Source: Macrostomum lignano | Lineage: Eukaryota | Direction of reading: 5' to 3' | Assembly (NCBI GenBank): GCA_002269645.1 | Contig: NIVC01004127.1 | Location: forward strand, 1 to 58,892 | DNA: 58,892 bases | Shown here: one piece after another, positions 13,791-27,430 of the stretch | Numbering within the stretch: the stretch's first letter is position 1 | Layout of the letters: the number at the start of each line of letters is the position of its first letter | Translations under genes and position numbers: made by a program | Notes under the pieces: model-generated | Databases searched by the model: none | What the model was told of the DNA's origin: nothing | What the model saw: only the letters and a program-made list of their open reading frames with translations

Positions 13791-16269
13791 ATCGCTGACA
13801 GCACCGATTTTGAAAATAATGTACATGTAGGAATTTATTCATGTAACATGTACATATTTAGAATTCTCAGATTTGTCCCCCCTACCATAAAATCCATGGC
13901 GACGCCCCTCGCTACGAGTAAATTTACGCCACACTACCAATTTCTGGTGGTTAGGCTTCTTCCCTAGCTTCATATTCTGAATTTGAACTACTGATTATTT
14001 TAAAAATATGATTCCATCAATTTCAATCAGTAGAAATCAGTCAAATCAAAATCCCTACAGTGTTTTATTTTGGCAACTATTTTTTTATTCAATCTTTTGC
14101 TATTTTTGTTTACATTTGGTTGATGTAACTGGCAACCACATCCGTTTTCACGCCTAGATACTAAATATAGTTGTCTAGTTAAGATCTCTAATGTGCATAG
14201 GGCCAATCTGTCACGGGCTAGTAGTGGAAGAAAATATCTTAAAAGGTTTCGTTTAAAAAATTTACAAAAAGAAAAATTCCTTGTCAAACAAAACTACACA
14301 GCGGTGGTTTACAAGCTGGGAAATCTACTGGCAAAAAATCTTGTCGAAAAATCAACTGAAGTTTCGTCAGTTTTAACTGACACCGCGGGGACCACCCTGA
14401 CAAGGCGCGTCGGTCAAAGAATTGCTATGGTCATTTTTCTCATGGGGAGTTTGCTCCCACAGAAGAAGCGAAAGCCACGGAATGCTATAGGCCTACTAAT
14501 CTGGATTGAGAAATTTTAGACTTTCAGTCAATGAACATATTTTGTGCAAAGAATCTCAACTGTCGAATAGAATTCTAGTGAATTCAGACCTGTTAACTAT
14601 TTACCTCTTTAAAATCCAATTTAACTAAATGCCAATTAGTTAAATAAAGTGGTCTGCCTTGCCGTTTAGTTGCTCTGCCACTGCTGACAGAATAGAGATC
14701 AGGTCTTCTAAGAAAAAGGGTTTACTGAAGAGAAAGAAGCAAAAATATATAATATCTGTAACTGGAAACAAACTCATTAATATCATGCTAACGATGTTAC
14801 GTAATACTGTCTAGCTGTTCACTAACGTTAATGGACTGAAGTTAAGACATTTTAGCTAACGGGTTAATGATATTGTGTTTGAAAATGCGTCATTGTTATT
14901 TGTTAACGATGTACGTGTATTATATAGCGCCAATTTTTTCCCGCAAAGAAGCGCCATTCCCACTGGCGCCAAGGCTAGATGGCAGACGCTATACTTATTT
15001 GGTGAAATCAGATAAATAGAAATAAATATAATTTAGTTAAATACAGTTTCAAGCAGTTTCAAAACAGTAAAATTAATAGCTATTTTGAAAGTTAAAGTTA
15101 ACGGATTAACGTATATTAATGTTTTACCGTTTATTTTTTCCCTTTAACTCTAACGATTAGGTCATTAACAGGGGTTAAGCTTTTAATTAACGTTACCTGA
15201 CACACTGTGTGTTAATCATTCCGTAAAAAATTCAAAAGTCTAATACCGGAATACTTTTCTTTCAAAAAACCGGCATCACTAAACCAAGTTTTAGTTAAAT
15301 TAGTTCTCCTTACTCTAGAGTTCCACCCATAGTTTCAGGCTTCTATGTTTTTTCTTCAAATCTCTCCATGGCGTCTCCTCTTTTTTCACGGATGAGGTGC
15401 ATGGGATGGACGGCGGGGCACAGCGGGTGGCGCTGGTTACCCGGACCAACATATCGAGATCAGCTACCGAAATCTTCGAGATTTCCTAGATCTGCCGCCA
15501 GAGGGTAAGGCCGGTATATGTAGGAAGGTGTGAACGAAGGTGTCTTTGGTGCCGCGCGCGCGGTCGCAACTCGCAAGGGAATCGCCGGCCCCACCCGCCC
15601 CGCCTTTGCAGCCGACTGCTGGGCGATAATTTAGCAAAAAATACGAACAGAAAAAGAGTTCGGGGGCCGACCTGACAACCGGAGAATTTCTTTCTTTTCT
15701 TTGCTTTTTTCTCAGTAGATTGGTTCCGGCTTTGGACACGTCTCTGTTCGCTGCAAGGGTCCGCCCGGCCTTTAGAATTCGGCCAAGCGCACTGCTTTTT
15801 AGTTTCGCGGATATTTATTTACGGAAACTCCCCGGGGTATCGCAATCGCATAGTGAAAATAGAGCTGCTGTTGTTGCCGCGAAGCTGCCGCGCTGCTGTT
15901 GCTGCTTCTAGTGGGAGGGGGGAGGGCGGGGCGAACCGCTTGGTCACTGAACGAACGGCCGGATTACTGAGGACCCTTGAGGCTTGGCTTTGGGGTCTTT
16001 TCAACTGATGTAAAGATAGAGGAACGAACGATATAGCATATGCATGCCTAGTATCAGGCTTTAGAAACTCCTGCGCTTGTATCGGTTTAGCTGCAGTCAG
16101 AGATATCCTGGATGTACATTACTTGGAAGCATAATAACTTTTAGCTGGTATTCAATTATTTTATTACTAGATTATTATTGGATTCGTGAAAAACAATTTT
16201 ATCACTTCTTACAATCCTACTCTTAGAATTCTCAAACAATAATATCACGCTTCTCTCCCTTAATCCATT

Positions 16270-16535
16270 GGAGGTTCGCCTCTTTTTGACCCGAAAATCT
16301 GGCCCTCTCTGACCCAAAAAATCCAACCTCTCTGACCCCAAAGATCCGTCTCTCTCTGAACCTAAAGATCCACCCTCTCTGACCCCAAAGATCCAGACTC
16401 TCTGAACCCAAAGATCCGCCTCTGAACCTCAAGATCCACCCTCTCTGACCCCAAAGATCCACCCTCTCTGACCCCAAAGATCCACCCTCTCTGGCCACAA
16501 AAATCCACCCTTTCTGCAACCCCAAAGATCCGCCC
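16270..16535. repeat. About 23-bp minisatellite (CTCTCTGACCCCAAAGATCCACC)
   Basis: About 11 degenerate tandem copies are visible. Confidence 0.85.
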
Positions 16536-17429
16536 CTTCTCCTCCCTATAATTCTAAGGCCTAAAAATCAGTTTCTCTGGTCCATGAGTTTTAGTGACTG
16601 CATTAAAATAAGCCAAATGTGTCCATTCAGCTTGCAGTTCTTAGCATTTCTTTCCAAAAAACAGCCAAAATAGAGGATGGTGAAAACACTGCGAGAACAA
16701 ACATTCTTGCCTATATTGGAAAAACTTCTAAACACGATTTTCTGCTTTTCCAGTTCCAGCAGCCAGCAGGTGGTACCAGGTGAATATCGTCCAAGTCAGA
16801 TCTCGACAAGGGAATATCCGTGAGCCCGCGAAAGGCTACGACTGCCTCGTGTTAAAACATCTGCACGGAATTTTGTTTCCTAAACAAAAAAAAAGTTTTT
16901 CCTATTTAGAGACACTGACATTTCTTCAGAAAGTCGCGAAACACCTGCGTTTCCCTTGCCTAGTTACGCAAAATTGTCCAAAAATCAGCAAGGTGTTAAT
17001 AGCGCATCGATCTGTGCCAACTTTGAAAAAATATTAACTGCATCTGCATCTATAGATGATTGAAGTTTGTTTAAGTCTCTTTCCTAGAATCGAAAAAAAC
17101 GAAGGAGCTATTCGAAGATCGACTGCAAGAGAAAAAATAAGGTTGATTGAAAGCAAGCTATAGTTGGGCAATCATCCTTTTTTAAATGATTCGAGCGTTA
17201 GCAGGTGTGTTCTATATTCCTCAATCATTTTGCTAAAAAAATTGAAAAAATTGGAGAGTAGCGCTCCTTTTTTACTATACACTATGTAGGTTTTTAAATT
17301 CCAAAAAAGTATAGAGTTGCTTGATCTAAAAGACATGCACTAAAATCGTCTTAACACAGCGCCCCACGAGCACTGCTCCATCTCCTCCGAACATAACGCC
17401 CCACCCAATAAATATAGTTCTAAAAACCA

Positions 17430-18905
17430 CTGTGCCCACCAACGCAGTGCGCCCCCAACCCAGCACAGTGCCCCCCAGCACAGTGCCCCCCCACACTGTG
17501 CCCCCACACTGTGCCCCGCAGCACTGTGCCCCCCAACACAGTGCCCCCCCACACTGTGCCCCCACACTGTGCCCCCAGCACTGTGCCCCCCAACACAGTG
17601 CCCCCCACACTGTGCCCCCAGCACTGTGCCCCTCAACACAGTGCCCCCCACACTGAGCCCCCAGCACTGTGCCTCCCAGCACTGTGCCCCCCCCAGCACT
17701 GTGCCTCCCAGCACAGTGCCCCCCAGCACAGTGCCCCCCAGCACAGTGCCCCCACACTGAGCCCCCAGCACTGTGCCTCCCAGCACTGTGCCCCCCCCAG
17801 CACAGTGCCCCCAGCACAGTGTCCCCCAGCACTGTGCCCCCAGCACTGTGCCCCCCCCCCAACACTAAGCCCCAACACTGTGCCCCCAACACTAACCCCC
17901 AGCACAGTGCCCCCCAACACTGTGCCCCCAGCACTGTGCCCCCCAACACAGTGTTCCCCATACTGTGCCCCCAGCACTGTGCCCCCCAGCACAGTGCCCC
18001 CCAGCACAGTGCCCCCCAGCACAGTGCCCCCAACACTAAGCCCCAACACTGTGCCCCCCAACACTAACCCCCAGCACTGTGCCCCCAACACTGCCCCCAG
18101 CACTGTGCCCCCAGCACAGTGCCCCCCAGCACAGTGCCCCCCCACACTGTGCCCCCAGCACTGTGCCCCCCAGCACAGTGCCCTCCCCACACTGTGCCCC
18201 CAGCACTGTGCCCCCCAGCACAGTGCCCCCAGCACTGTGCCCCCCAGCACAGTGCCCCCCAGCACTGTGCCCCCAGCACAGTGCCCCCCAGCACAGTGCC
18301 CCCCAGCACTGTGCCCCCAGCACTGTGCCCCCAACACTAACCCCCAGCACTGTGCCCCCAACACTGCCCCCAGCACTGTGCCCCCCAGCACAGTGCCCCC
18401 AGCACAGTGCCCCCAGCACAGTGCCCCCCAGCACAGTGCCCCCAGCACAGTGCCCCCAGCACAGTGCCCCCAGCACAGTGCCCCCAGCACAGTGCCCCCA
18501 GCACAGTGCCCCCCACACTGTGCCCCCAGCACAGTGCCCCCAGCACAGTGCCCCCCCCACACTGTGCCCCCCACACTGTGCCCCCCAGCACAGTGCCCCC
18601 AGCACAGTGCCCCCCACACTGTGCCCCCCACACTGTGCCCCCCAGCACTGTGCCCCCAGCACTGCCCCCAGCACTGTGCCCCCCAGCACAGTGCCCCCCA
18701 GCACAGTGCCCCCCCACACTGGCCCCCAGCACTGTGCCCCCCAGCACAGTGCCCCCCACACTGTGCCCCAGCACTGTGCCCCCCAGCACAGTGCCCCCCA
18801 GCACTGTGCCCCCCAGCACAGTGCCCCCAGCACAGTGCCCCCAGCACTGTGCCCCCCAGCACTGTGCCCCCCAACACTAACCCCCAACACTGTGCCCCCC
18901 CCCCT
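17430..18905. repeat. C-rich 15-16-bp minisatellite (CAGCAC[A/T]GTGCCCCC)
   Basis: About 1.5-kb tandem array. The STVPP/GGTVLG/WGALC ORFs are repeat artefacts. Confidence 0.95.
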
Positions 18906-19877
18906 GCCAGACAGCACCCCAAGCAGAGCGCCCCCGTCCCCTTTTTGAAGGTCGTTTACCGCGGCGAAAACTGGCACTTTACTGTTTTCAAACTTTACTG
19001 GCCTCATTCAGTTCTGTAAAACTCACGAGTTTCAAGGAAACGTCAACTTTTTCAAAATCCAATACATACACTTTAAAATTAAATTTTGATTAAATCAATG
19101 AACTAGGATGAAAGTTACTCTGGAATTGGTGCAACAGTGTCAAACAAAAACTATCCCCCATAAATTTGATGGACTCCCATGCATGATAGGTTTCAGTATT
19201 TCAAGGCAGAGCTATATAACCCGATATGGGCCCACCTCTTGATGTGCACAGCTGCGAGATAATAGCGCAACAGGTAGCGAGAAAACCAGATTCCAAGCAC
19301 GACGTGTCGGGAGTCTACGTGGCTCGCTCGATGCATTTCAAAGAAACAAAAAACAGTTCAACAATGGGTGGATGGGAGGATGATTCAGCGTGCAGTAAGT
19401 AAGTGAGTCAGGGAATCAGAAAATATCCAATTACTGTTGCAAATGACCGTTCGTATTGGAACACCCAACAAGGATAGCATGACTGGATCATGCCATGTAA
19501 TAACAATTTTACAATAATTCATTAGATTTCAACAATTCATTTGAACTGGATAATTTCTAACATTTCTTTATCTTTTTTAGCCCTTAATTGGAAATTTAGT
19601 GGTCCTTGACATAAACAGTAGTTTAATATTGGGCGATATAAGCAGCATACAGGTGCAAACATGCTCTCGAATCGTCCAATCAATTCTATAACCAAAATTC
19701 ATTCACCAGATTCCTGATTTATTTTTCCTATTTTTCAATTGGCTTATACATGCGGTATGGGGACTTCACTCGCTCCCTGAAAAGTAGCTATGGTCGTAAA
19801 TTATGATTTTACCTGGGCGCCAAATCCCCTGTCATTGTACGAGTATGGGGCTTATATTGAAAATTAGTTAACACATG

Positions 19878-20090
19878 CAGGTGGATTCGGAAAACTCCGG
19901 CCCACGAACCACGAAGCCTCTCTATCCGGCCCTCGGGGTAACTTTGAAACTTCGCAATAGCAATCCGGGCCTATCCAGGCATGTGCTGTCTCTTCTCTGC
20001 TCTCCTCTCTCCCCTCTTAGCTCGTATCTCTCCTCTCATTTGAACTCTAATCAGCGCATTGCATTGTCTGCTATACAGTTTGTCTCTGCA
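19878..20090 (-). mobile_element. Short, diverged copy of the non-autonomous hAT family also at 28591 and 48755
   Basis: The reverse complement contains GGCCCGGATTGCTATTGCGAAGTTTCAAAG...GGCCGGATAGAGAGGCTTCG, matching 29114-29170 and 49363-49420. It has a short CT/AG-rich core. Confidence 0.7.
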
Positions 20091-20312
20091 GGTTTGCTTT
20101 GAAAAGAAATTTCTTAATAAATTAATCTGAAAACGAAAATCTAACACCCTGTTATACTCGTAGACTCGAACAAAACCATTTTGGAGTGTTATTGGTTTTA
20201 GTCTATACGCAGGCACACACTCACACAGGAGTGTACAGCGGTCCTAACTTTATTTATCGTTAGGCATGTACACTTCACTGCGCCTTGGGCTCATGGATTA
20301 GCCACAAATTAA

Positions 20313-21043
20313 GGGGGCGCTTCATAAGACCTAAATTTCACAACGCCTAAAGCACATGACTTCACATCACCTAAATTTCATAACGCCTAAACTCGAAAGT
20401 GCAGCCTCCTTCACATCGCCTAAATTTCATAACGCCTAAAATTTCTGCACGCTCTTTCACATCGCCTAAATTTCATAACGCCTAAAACCGAAAATGCATC
20501 CTACTTCATATCGCCTAAATTTCATATCGCCTAAATTTCATATCGCCTAAACTTCATATCGCCTAAATTTCATATCGCCTAAACTTCATATCGCCTAAAT
20601 TTCACATCGCCTAAACTTCATATCGCCTAAATTTCACATCGCCTAAACTTCATATCGCCTAAATTTCATATCGCCTAAATTTCATATCGCCTAAATTTCA
20701 TATCGCCTAAATTTCATATCGCCTAAATTTCATATCGCCTAAATTTCATATCGCCTAAATTTCACATCGCCTAAACTTCATATCGCCTAAATTTCACAAC
20801 ACCTAAAACTGAATGTGAAGGAGAGAAGCAAAGATTTTAGGCGTTGTGAAATTTAGGCGATATGAAATTTAGGCGATGTGAAAGAGCGTGCAAATATTTT
20901 AGGCGTTGTGAAATTTAGGCGATGTGAAGGAGGCTGCACTTTTGATTTTAGGCGTTGTGAAATTTAGGCGATATGAAATTTAGGCGTTGTGAAGTGTGGT
21001 GGTTTTAGGCGTTGTGAAATTTAGGTCTTATGAAAGCGTCCCC
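20313..21043. mobile_element. Foldback/MITE-like element with long imperfect TIRs and an internal 16-bp tandem repeat
   Basis: The left end GGGGGCGCTTCATAAGACCTAAATTTCACAACGCCTAAA is the inverted repeat of the right end TTTAGGCGTTGTGAAATTTAGGTCTTATGAAAGCGTCCCC. Direct flanks AAATTAA at 20306-20312 and 21044-21050. The (TTCATATCGCCTAAAT)n unit is inverted in the right arm. Confidence 0.85.
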
Positions 21044-21367
21044 AAATTAATGCGACTGCACTTGGAATCGAGCCTGAGCCGCTGGAAAACCATATTAAGG
21101 ACTCCTTGGCTTCAGGAGCCAGACTGGGCCAATAAGTGCGCTCCCCAGTCTGCGGGCCCCCTGGCAGCCAATAAGAATGCTCCAGCCGCCCATCTTCATC
21201 GGGCCGAATTCGCGAGTGGCGTTTGGGGTCGAAGAGGGGAGACATAATAACACGCAAAATATCCCCCATCGATTTGCTTCAGAAACGTCACGATCAGGAT
21301 GGCTATAAACGACTGAAATTTTTTAGTCTTCATACCCTGCATCGTTATAGACCTCAGCCTCTCATCC

Positions 21368-24300
21368 ATGCAGCTGTACCAGCTTCATCAGCAGCAGCCG
21401 AATTCGTTGCTGCCAAATTTGGCATTCGGATTCACCCAAGAGCAGGTGGCGTGCGTTTGCGAAGTTCTGCTTCAAGGCGGCAACGTCGAACGACTCGCCA
21501 GATTTCTATGGTCGCTGCCCCAATGCGAGCTGCTGAAACGCAACGAAAGCGTCGTGAAAGCCAGCGCCACAGTGGCTTTTCATCGCGGCAACTTCAAAGA
21601 GCTCTACAGGCTGGTTGAGAGTCACAATTTTGCACCGCAGAATCACGCTCGAATGCAGGTGAAGAGCCATTTTTCGCTTAAAATGCCATTTTTATTAGGA
21701 TACATATGCAAAAATTTATCGTTAAGGAAACTTTTAATTATGATTTGGCGCCATTTATGATGATCTGGCGTCATCTTAGATTATTTAGCGCCAGCTTAGA
21801 TGATTTGGCACCATCTTAGATGATTTGGCACCATCTTAGATGATTTGGCACCATCTTAGATTATCTGGCGCCATCTCAGGTGATTCGGCGCCATCTTAGA
21901 TTTTTTCGCGCCATGTTCGATGATTTGGCGCCATTTATGATGATTTCGTGCCACTTAACATGATTTGGCGCTATTTATGATTATTTGGCGCCGCTTAAGA
22001 TAATTTGGCACCTTTTTAGATGTCTTAGCGCCACTTAACATGATTCGGCGCCGTTTATAATCACCATAATCTTGGTAAGCACTTATGCCCTCCCTCTTCG
22101 CAGGACCTGTGGCTGCGCGCTCGCTACACGGAGGCCGAGCGCCTACGCGGCCGTCCCCTCGGCGCCGTTGGCAAGTACCGGGTGCGCAAGAAGTTCCCGC
22201 TGCCGCGCACCATCTGGGACGGCGAGGAGACATCCTACTGTTTCAAGGAGCGTTCGAGAAACGCCCTGAGAGACTGGTACTCCAGGAACCCCTACCCGGC
22301 CCCCAGGGAGAAGCGGGACTTGGCCGAGGCAACCGGCCTGACCACCACACAGGTGTCGAACTGGTTCAAGAATCGCAGGCAGCGAGACCGAGCAGCCGCC
22401 GCGGCCGCCGCCGCCGGGATTGGGCCGCCGGGGTCGCATAGCGGAGCTCGACCGATTCTGCGCGGCGTTGACGACACGGCTGACGATTTGTGCCAGGAGG
22501 AGGAGGCCTGTGAGGATGACACGAGCGATGCTGGAGCTGCTATGTGAGTGCAAGAGTGCAGAGAGGCTCTGTTGATGCTATAGAGGACAGAGCTATTTGA
22601 GGGGGTTTGAGGGTATTTTATATGACCTGTGGGTATTATTTTAGATCTGAGGGTATTCTTTTAAAACTGAGAGTTTTCTTTTGGAGCTGAGGGTGTTCGT
22701 TTGAAACTGAGGGTATTCTTTTAGATCTGAGGCTATTCCTTTGTATGTGAGGGTATTCTCTTTTATCTGAGGGTTTCTTTTGGATCTGAGGGTATTCTTT
22801 TGTATCTGAGGGTGTTCTTTTGGAACTGAAGCTATTCTTTTGGATCTGAGGTTATTCTTTTGGACCTGAGGGTATTATTTTGAAGCTGAGGGTATTCTTT
22901 TGGATCTGAGGGTATTCGTTTGAAACTGAGGGTATTCTTTTAGATCTGAGGCTATTCCTTTGTATGTGAGGGTATTCTCTTTTATCTGAGGGTTTCTTTT
23001 GGATCTGAGGGTATTCTTTTGTATCTGAGGGTGTTCTTTTGGAACTGAAGCTATTCTTTTGGATCTGAGGTTATTCTTTTGGACCTGAGGGTATTATTTT
23101 GAAGCTGAGGGTATTCTTTTGGATCTGAGGGTATTCGTTTGAAACTGAGGGTATTCTTTTAGATCTGAGGCTATTCCTTTGTATGTGAGGTTATTCTTTT
23201 GTATCTGAGGGTATTCTTTAAGATCTGAAGGTATTCCTTAAGATCTGAGGGTATTCTTTTGGATCTCAGGGTATTCTTTTGGATCGGAGGGTATTCCTTA
23301 AGATCTGAGGGTATTATTTTAGATCTGAGGGTATTCTTCTGGACCTGAGGGTATTAGTTTGAAGCTGAGGGTATTCTTTTACTTTCTCTTATTCTTGGGA
23401 AATTCTCAAAATCTTAGGGGTGGTATATTTTTAGTGAGGCACTTTTGCGACTCAGGAGAATGCTAGAGTCCCTAATTTAATTGATTGATTTAACCGAAAT
23501 TGTTTCATTTTTTTGTCAGAAAAAACATATCTCTGACAATTGATACTCTCAACCGAGAATATCATATATTATTCTCCATGGGCATGGCACAGGGTGAGGG
23601 CACATACGAGAGTGTACATGGGCTGACCGATTAGAATGTCGGGACTGCTGTACACAACGTGTGAGCGTGCAGTGTATTAATGTGTGCCTGTGTACAGCAT
23701 TGGCGCGCTTGTATGTACGAGGAGTCAGGAGTCAGCGGAATGAGGCAGAATTGCTGTCAACGCTGGTTGTTGTGCCAGGGTGTCACGGATGGGTCTAAAA
23801 CTTATAGAGAGCTGCTTGGGGAAGAGTTTTTGACTTCCAGGGGCTCCCGGCTCATTCATGCAGAGTCCGAAATCGAGGCCAAGCAATCTGTGGGAACAAA
23901 TGACGAATGCATCAAAAGGTAGCAGCAGACATATAGCTCGATATATGAAGCATGTTTTTGTTCTCACACATGTGGAAATATCCTATATTCCAACACCATC
24001 CATTACTATAACACCTTTCTTCCGGCTCGCATAGCACCATCATCCATTGTTTGTTTGAATGCAACTTGACTTCCGGGCGTACAAAGAGAGAGAGAGAGAA
24101 AAATATTAATAACTGCACCGATTCTCGGACACAAATGACACTTATACTTTGACAGTCATGACAGATCGACTGGGCACTAAGCTATAGTTAAATTTATTTG
24201 CGTTTTGGAACTTGGCTTGAATTATACTTGACCTCGGAAGGAAGCATGGTTTCGTGAGGTTTCCTCTTAGGATCCCAGTTCAAGGAGCTTAGATCCAATG

Positions 24301-27300
24301 AAGATCCCAGTTCAAGGAGCTCAGATCCAATGAATATCCCAGTTCAAGGAGCTCAGATCCCCTGAAGATCCAAGTTCAAGGAGCTCAGATCCCCTGAAGA
24401 TCCCAGTTCAAGGAGCTTAGATCCAATGAAGATCTCAGTTCAAGGAGCTCAGATCCAATGAAGATCTCAGTTCAAGGAGCTCAGATCCCCTGAAGATCCC
24501 AGTTCAAGGAGCTCAGATCCCCTGAAGATCCCACTTCAAGGAGCTTAGATCTAATGAAGATCTCAGTTCAAGGAGCTCAGATCCCCTGAAGATCCCAGTT
24601 CAAGGAGCTCAGATCCAATGAAGATCTCAGTTCAAGGAGCTCAGATCCCCTGAAGATCCCAGTTCAAGGAGCTCAGATCCCCTGAAGATCCCACTTCAAG
24701 GAGCTTAGATCTAATGAAGATCTCAGTTCAAGGAGCTCAGATCCAATGAAGATCTCAGTTCAAGGAGCTCAGATCCCCTGAAGATCCCAGTTCAAGGAGC
24801 TCAGATCCCCTGAAGATCCCAGTTCAAGGAGCTTCTAAAGATTCAATGAAGATCCCAGTTCAAGGAGCTCAGATCCAATGAAGATCTCAGTTCAAGGAGC
24901 TCAGATCCCCTGAAGATCCCAGTTCAAGGAGCTCAGATCCCCTGAAGATCCCAGTTCAAGGAGCTTAGATCTAATGAAGATCTCAGTTCAAGGAGCTCAG
25001 ATCCCCTGAAGATCCCAGTTCAAGGAGCTCAGATCCCCTGAAGATCCCACTTCAAGGAGCTTAGATCTAATGAAGATCCCAGTTCAAGGAGCTCAGATCC
25101 CCTGAAGATCCCAGTTCAAGGAGCTTCTAAAGATTCAATGAAGATCCCAGTTCAAGGAGCTCAGATCCCCTGAAGATCCCAGTTCAAGGAGCTCAGATCC
25201 AATGAAGATCCCAGTTCAAGGAGCTCAGATCCCCTGAGCTCCCTTGAGTTCAAGTATCTTGAATCCCCCGAAGATCTCAGTTAAAAAATAGTTGAACGTC
25301 GGATTCTAAAACGCCAGATTTAAGAAATTTCATTTTTGTAAAAAAATTAGAAGACACTAAAGTTCATAAAGCTGACTTTATTCAATTTTGTTTTCATGCC
25401 AGACACTCAAAATGCAGTTGACTCATCTAGCTCATGAAAAAATCTATGGAATAAACCGGGATTCTGCTTGCTTACATGCATTTCCGGTGTCCCTACAAAG
25501 TTTCAGAGTGAATCTTCACTCTTATACTGAATCAGACCGACGTATAACTATTTATTAGCTTCATATGATTTTTAATCAGTCGGTCTGGTATTTCGAAAAT
25601 TTTCTTAGTTAAACTGATAACTCCTCTGATAACTGAGGGAGCTTCCCCTCAGACAGAGAGGCAAACAGCTTTGTATTCGGGATTCCCTATCTAAAGCGGG
25701 ACATTTTTCATGGATGAATGAATGGTCATACTCATAATTCAACCCTTAAATAGCTACCTATCCTACCTGCATATAGCTTCAAACAGTTGCAAACTAACGG
25801 GCATGTATAACACAGATGCAACATAAAGATATCCAGGGACTTCCTCTTTTCCCTTTCAACGTGGTGGCGTAAAAATGTTTTCTAATTCGCTTTCAATTTT
25901 ATGATGTCAAATTTTCGGGAGCTCGGGTACACGGGTACTTTGTGCGATGATTTGTTTTACAAATCTAACATGTATTATAAAGGTATGCGGTCTTTATCAA
26001 AGCTTTGTAGACAGACAAGACTTTTAATTATGGGACTGTCTGTGTAATTGTGAACGAAAAGTGTCAAGAAAAGACGCGCTGGTTGTTAAATTAATTGTTA
26101 CGGAGAATGTTAAAGGACGCCCATATTTAGCCATAACTGTAAGTGCCAAGTTTAGGTTGTAAAGCTAAGTTTTCTTTGTCGAAACCTGATCCTTTTTTGA
26201 CTGCTGGACATCCGCTGTAGATAGCATGATTAATTATCATTAACTGTTAGATAGGATCATTAGCTGTTAGACAAGGATCATTAACTGTTAGATAAGGATC
26301 AGTACTTTTTAGATAAAGATCATTAGTTGTTAGACAAAGATCATTAGCTGTTAGATAGGGATCATTAGCTGTTAGACATGGATCATTAGCTGTTAGATAA
26401 GGATCAATAGCTGTCATATAGTCGTTAAATATCATCTGGGGGGTTTTTCTCGAAAATTGCGTAAGTTCTATGGTATGTTCGATCTTAAGTTAGAACTTTA
26501 CGCTCTGCGTAAGATCAATTTCTGAATATTAAGCCAGTTTCTCGAAACTCGCTTAGACTTTGCGTGACTTACGCGATTCGTAAGTCTAGTTAAGTCGACA
26601 AAATGTTGTTTATGGAAGAGAAGACAAAAAATCAAATCTAAAAAGCTAATTTTAATTATATGTATTTCTTGCTTTATTTTTTACCAACAGTAATTGCTAG
26701 ACAAAGATCAATAGCTGTTAGATAAAGATAATTAGCTGTTAGACATGGATCATTAGCTGTTAGACAAGGATCATTAACTGTTAGATAAGGATCAGTACTT
26801 TTTAGATAAAGATCATTAGTTGTTAGACAAATGTCATTAGCTGTTAAATAGGGATCATTAGCTGTTAGATAATTGGATCATTAGTTGTTAGACAAATATT
26901 ATTAGCTGTTAAATAGGGATCATTAGCTGTTAGATAAGGATCAATAGCTGTCATATAGTCTGGTCGTAAATTTCATACGTAAATTTCATCTGTCAGACAA
27001 GGTTTATATCTGCGTTTATATTTGCGGACAACAAACCCTTATGGCAAATCGAAAACGTTTCAATATATAATTTTACATGTGCCGATGCCTTATTAAACAA
27101 TCGAGTCAACCCGTGTCATATTCTAGGAAATCAGATTCGTGCTGCAAGCTGGGCGGGTCTCCACCGGCCCCGAAGGCGGAGCAGCCGGTGACAGCCAAGC
27201 TGAGTCTGTCTGTGAGCAGCTCGCACTACAATGTGCTCAACGCCTGCGCTAGCGGAAGCGGCGGATGCAGCGACACTTCGTTTTCCCCTCCGCAAGATCT

Positions 27301-27430
27301 GCACCACCAGCTGCTGTATCCGCACCAGTCTCCGTATTATCAGCACCAGCATCAGCACCAACAACAGGCTCTTTACCACAGCAGTTTGATGAATGGCTAT
27401 TTGCCCTTGCCAGCAATGGGTCAGCTCTAA
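21368..27430 (+). CDS. six1/2: Six1/2 (sine oculis) homeobox transcription factor; exons 21368-21658, 22104-22543, 27127-27430 (about 344 aa)
   Basis: SIX domain [32 protein letters not shown]...[10 protein letters not shown], then after a GT-AG intron [49 protein letters not shown]...[10 protein letters not shown]. The ETSY tetrapeptide is diagnostic of Six1/2. Exon 3 is inferred from a phase-compatible AT|GTGAGT donor and TTCTAG|G acceptor giving a His/Gln-rich tail (less certain). Confidence 0.93.
21740..22065. repeat. 20-bp minisatellite in Six intron 1 (GATGATTTGGCGCCATCTTA)
   Basis: About 16 degenerate copies fill most of the 445-nt intron. Confidence 0.9.
22620..23380. repeat. 20-bp minisatellite (GAGGGTATTCTTTTGGATCT) with a 219-bp higher-order period
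   Basis: Monomer is visible. The variant GTTTGAAACTGAGGG recurs at 22699, 22918 and 23137 (219-bp spacing). Confidence 0.92.
24268..25240. repeat. 32-bp minisatellite (GATCCCAGTTCAAGGAGCTCAGATCCCCTGAA)
   Basis: About 30 tandem copies in Six intron 2. Confidence 0.95.
26225..26960. repeat. 21-bp minisatellite (GATCATTAGCTGTTAGATAAG) in two blocks separated by about 270 bp of unrelated sequence
   Basis: Blocks at about 26225-26420 and 26695-26960. Both end in GATAAGGATCAATAGCTGTCATATAGTC. Confidence 0.85.

Noticed and set aside
15400-15990. GC-richer island with short ORFs on both strands
   Set aside because: No recognisable protein motif, RNA structure or terminal repeats could be supported by eye.
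8141-19019. Long ORFs such as MSACGAK-, APQALIL-, HFSAAGT-, STVPP- and GGTVLG-repeats (up to 502 aa)
   Set aside because: They are stop-free translations of minisatellites, open in several frames and on both strands, with no splice or protein-family support.
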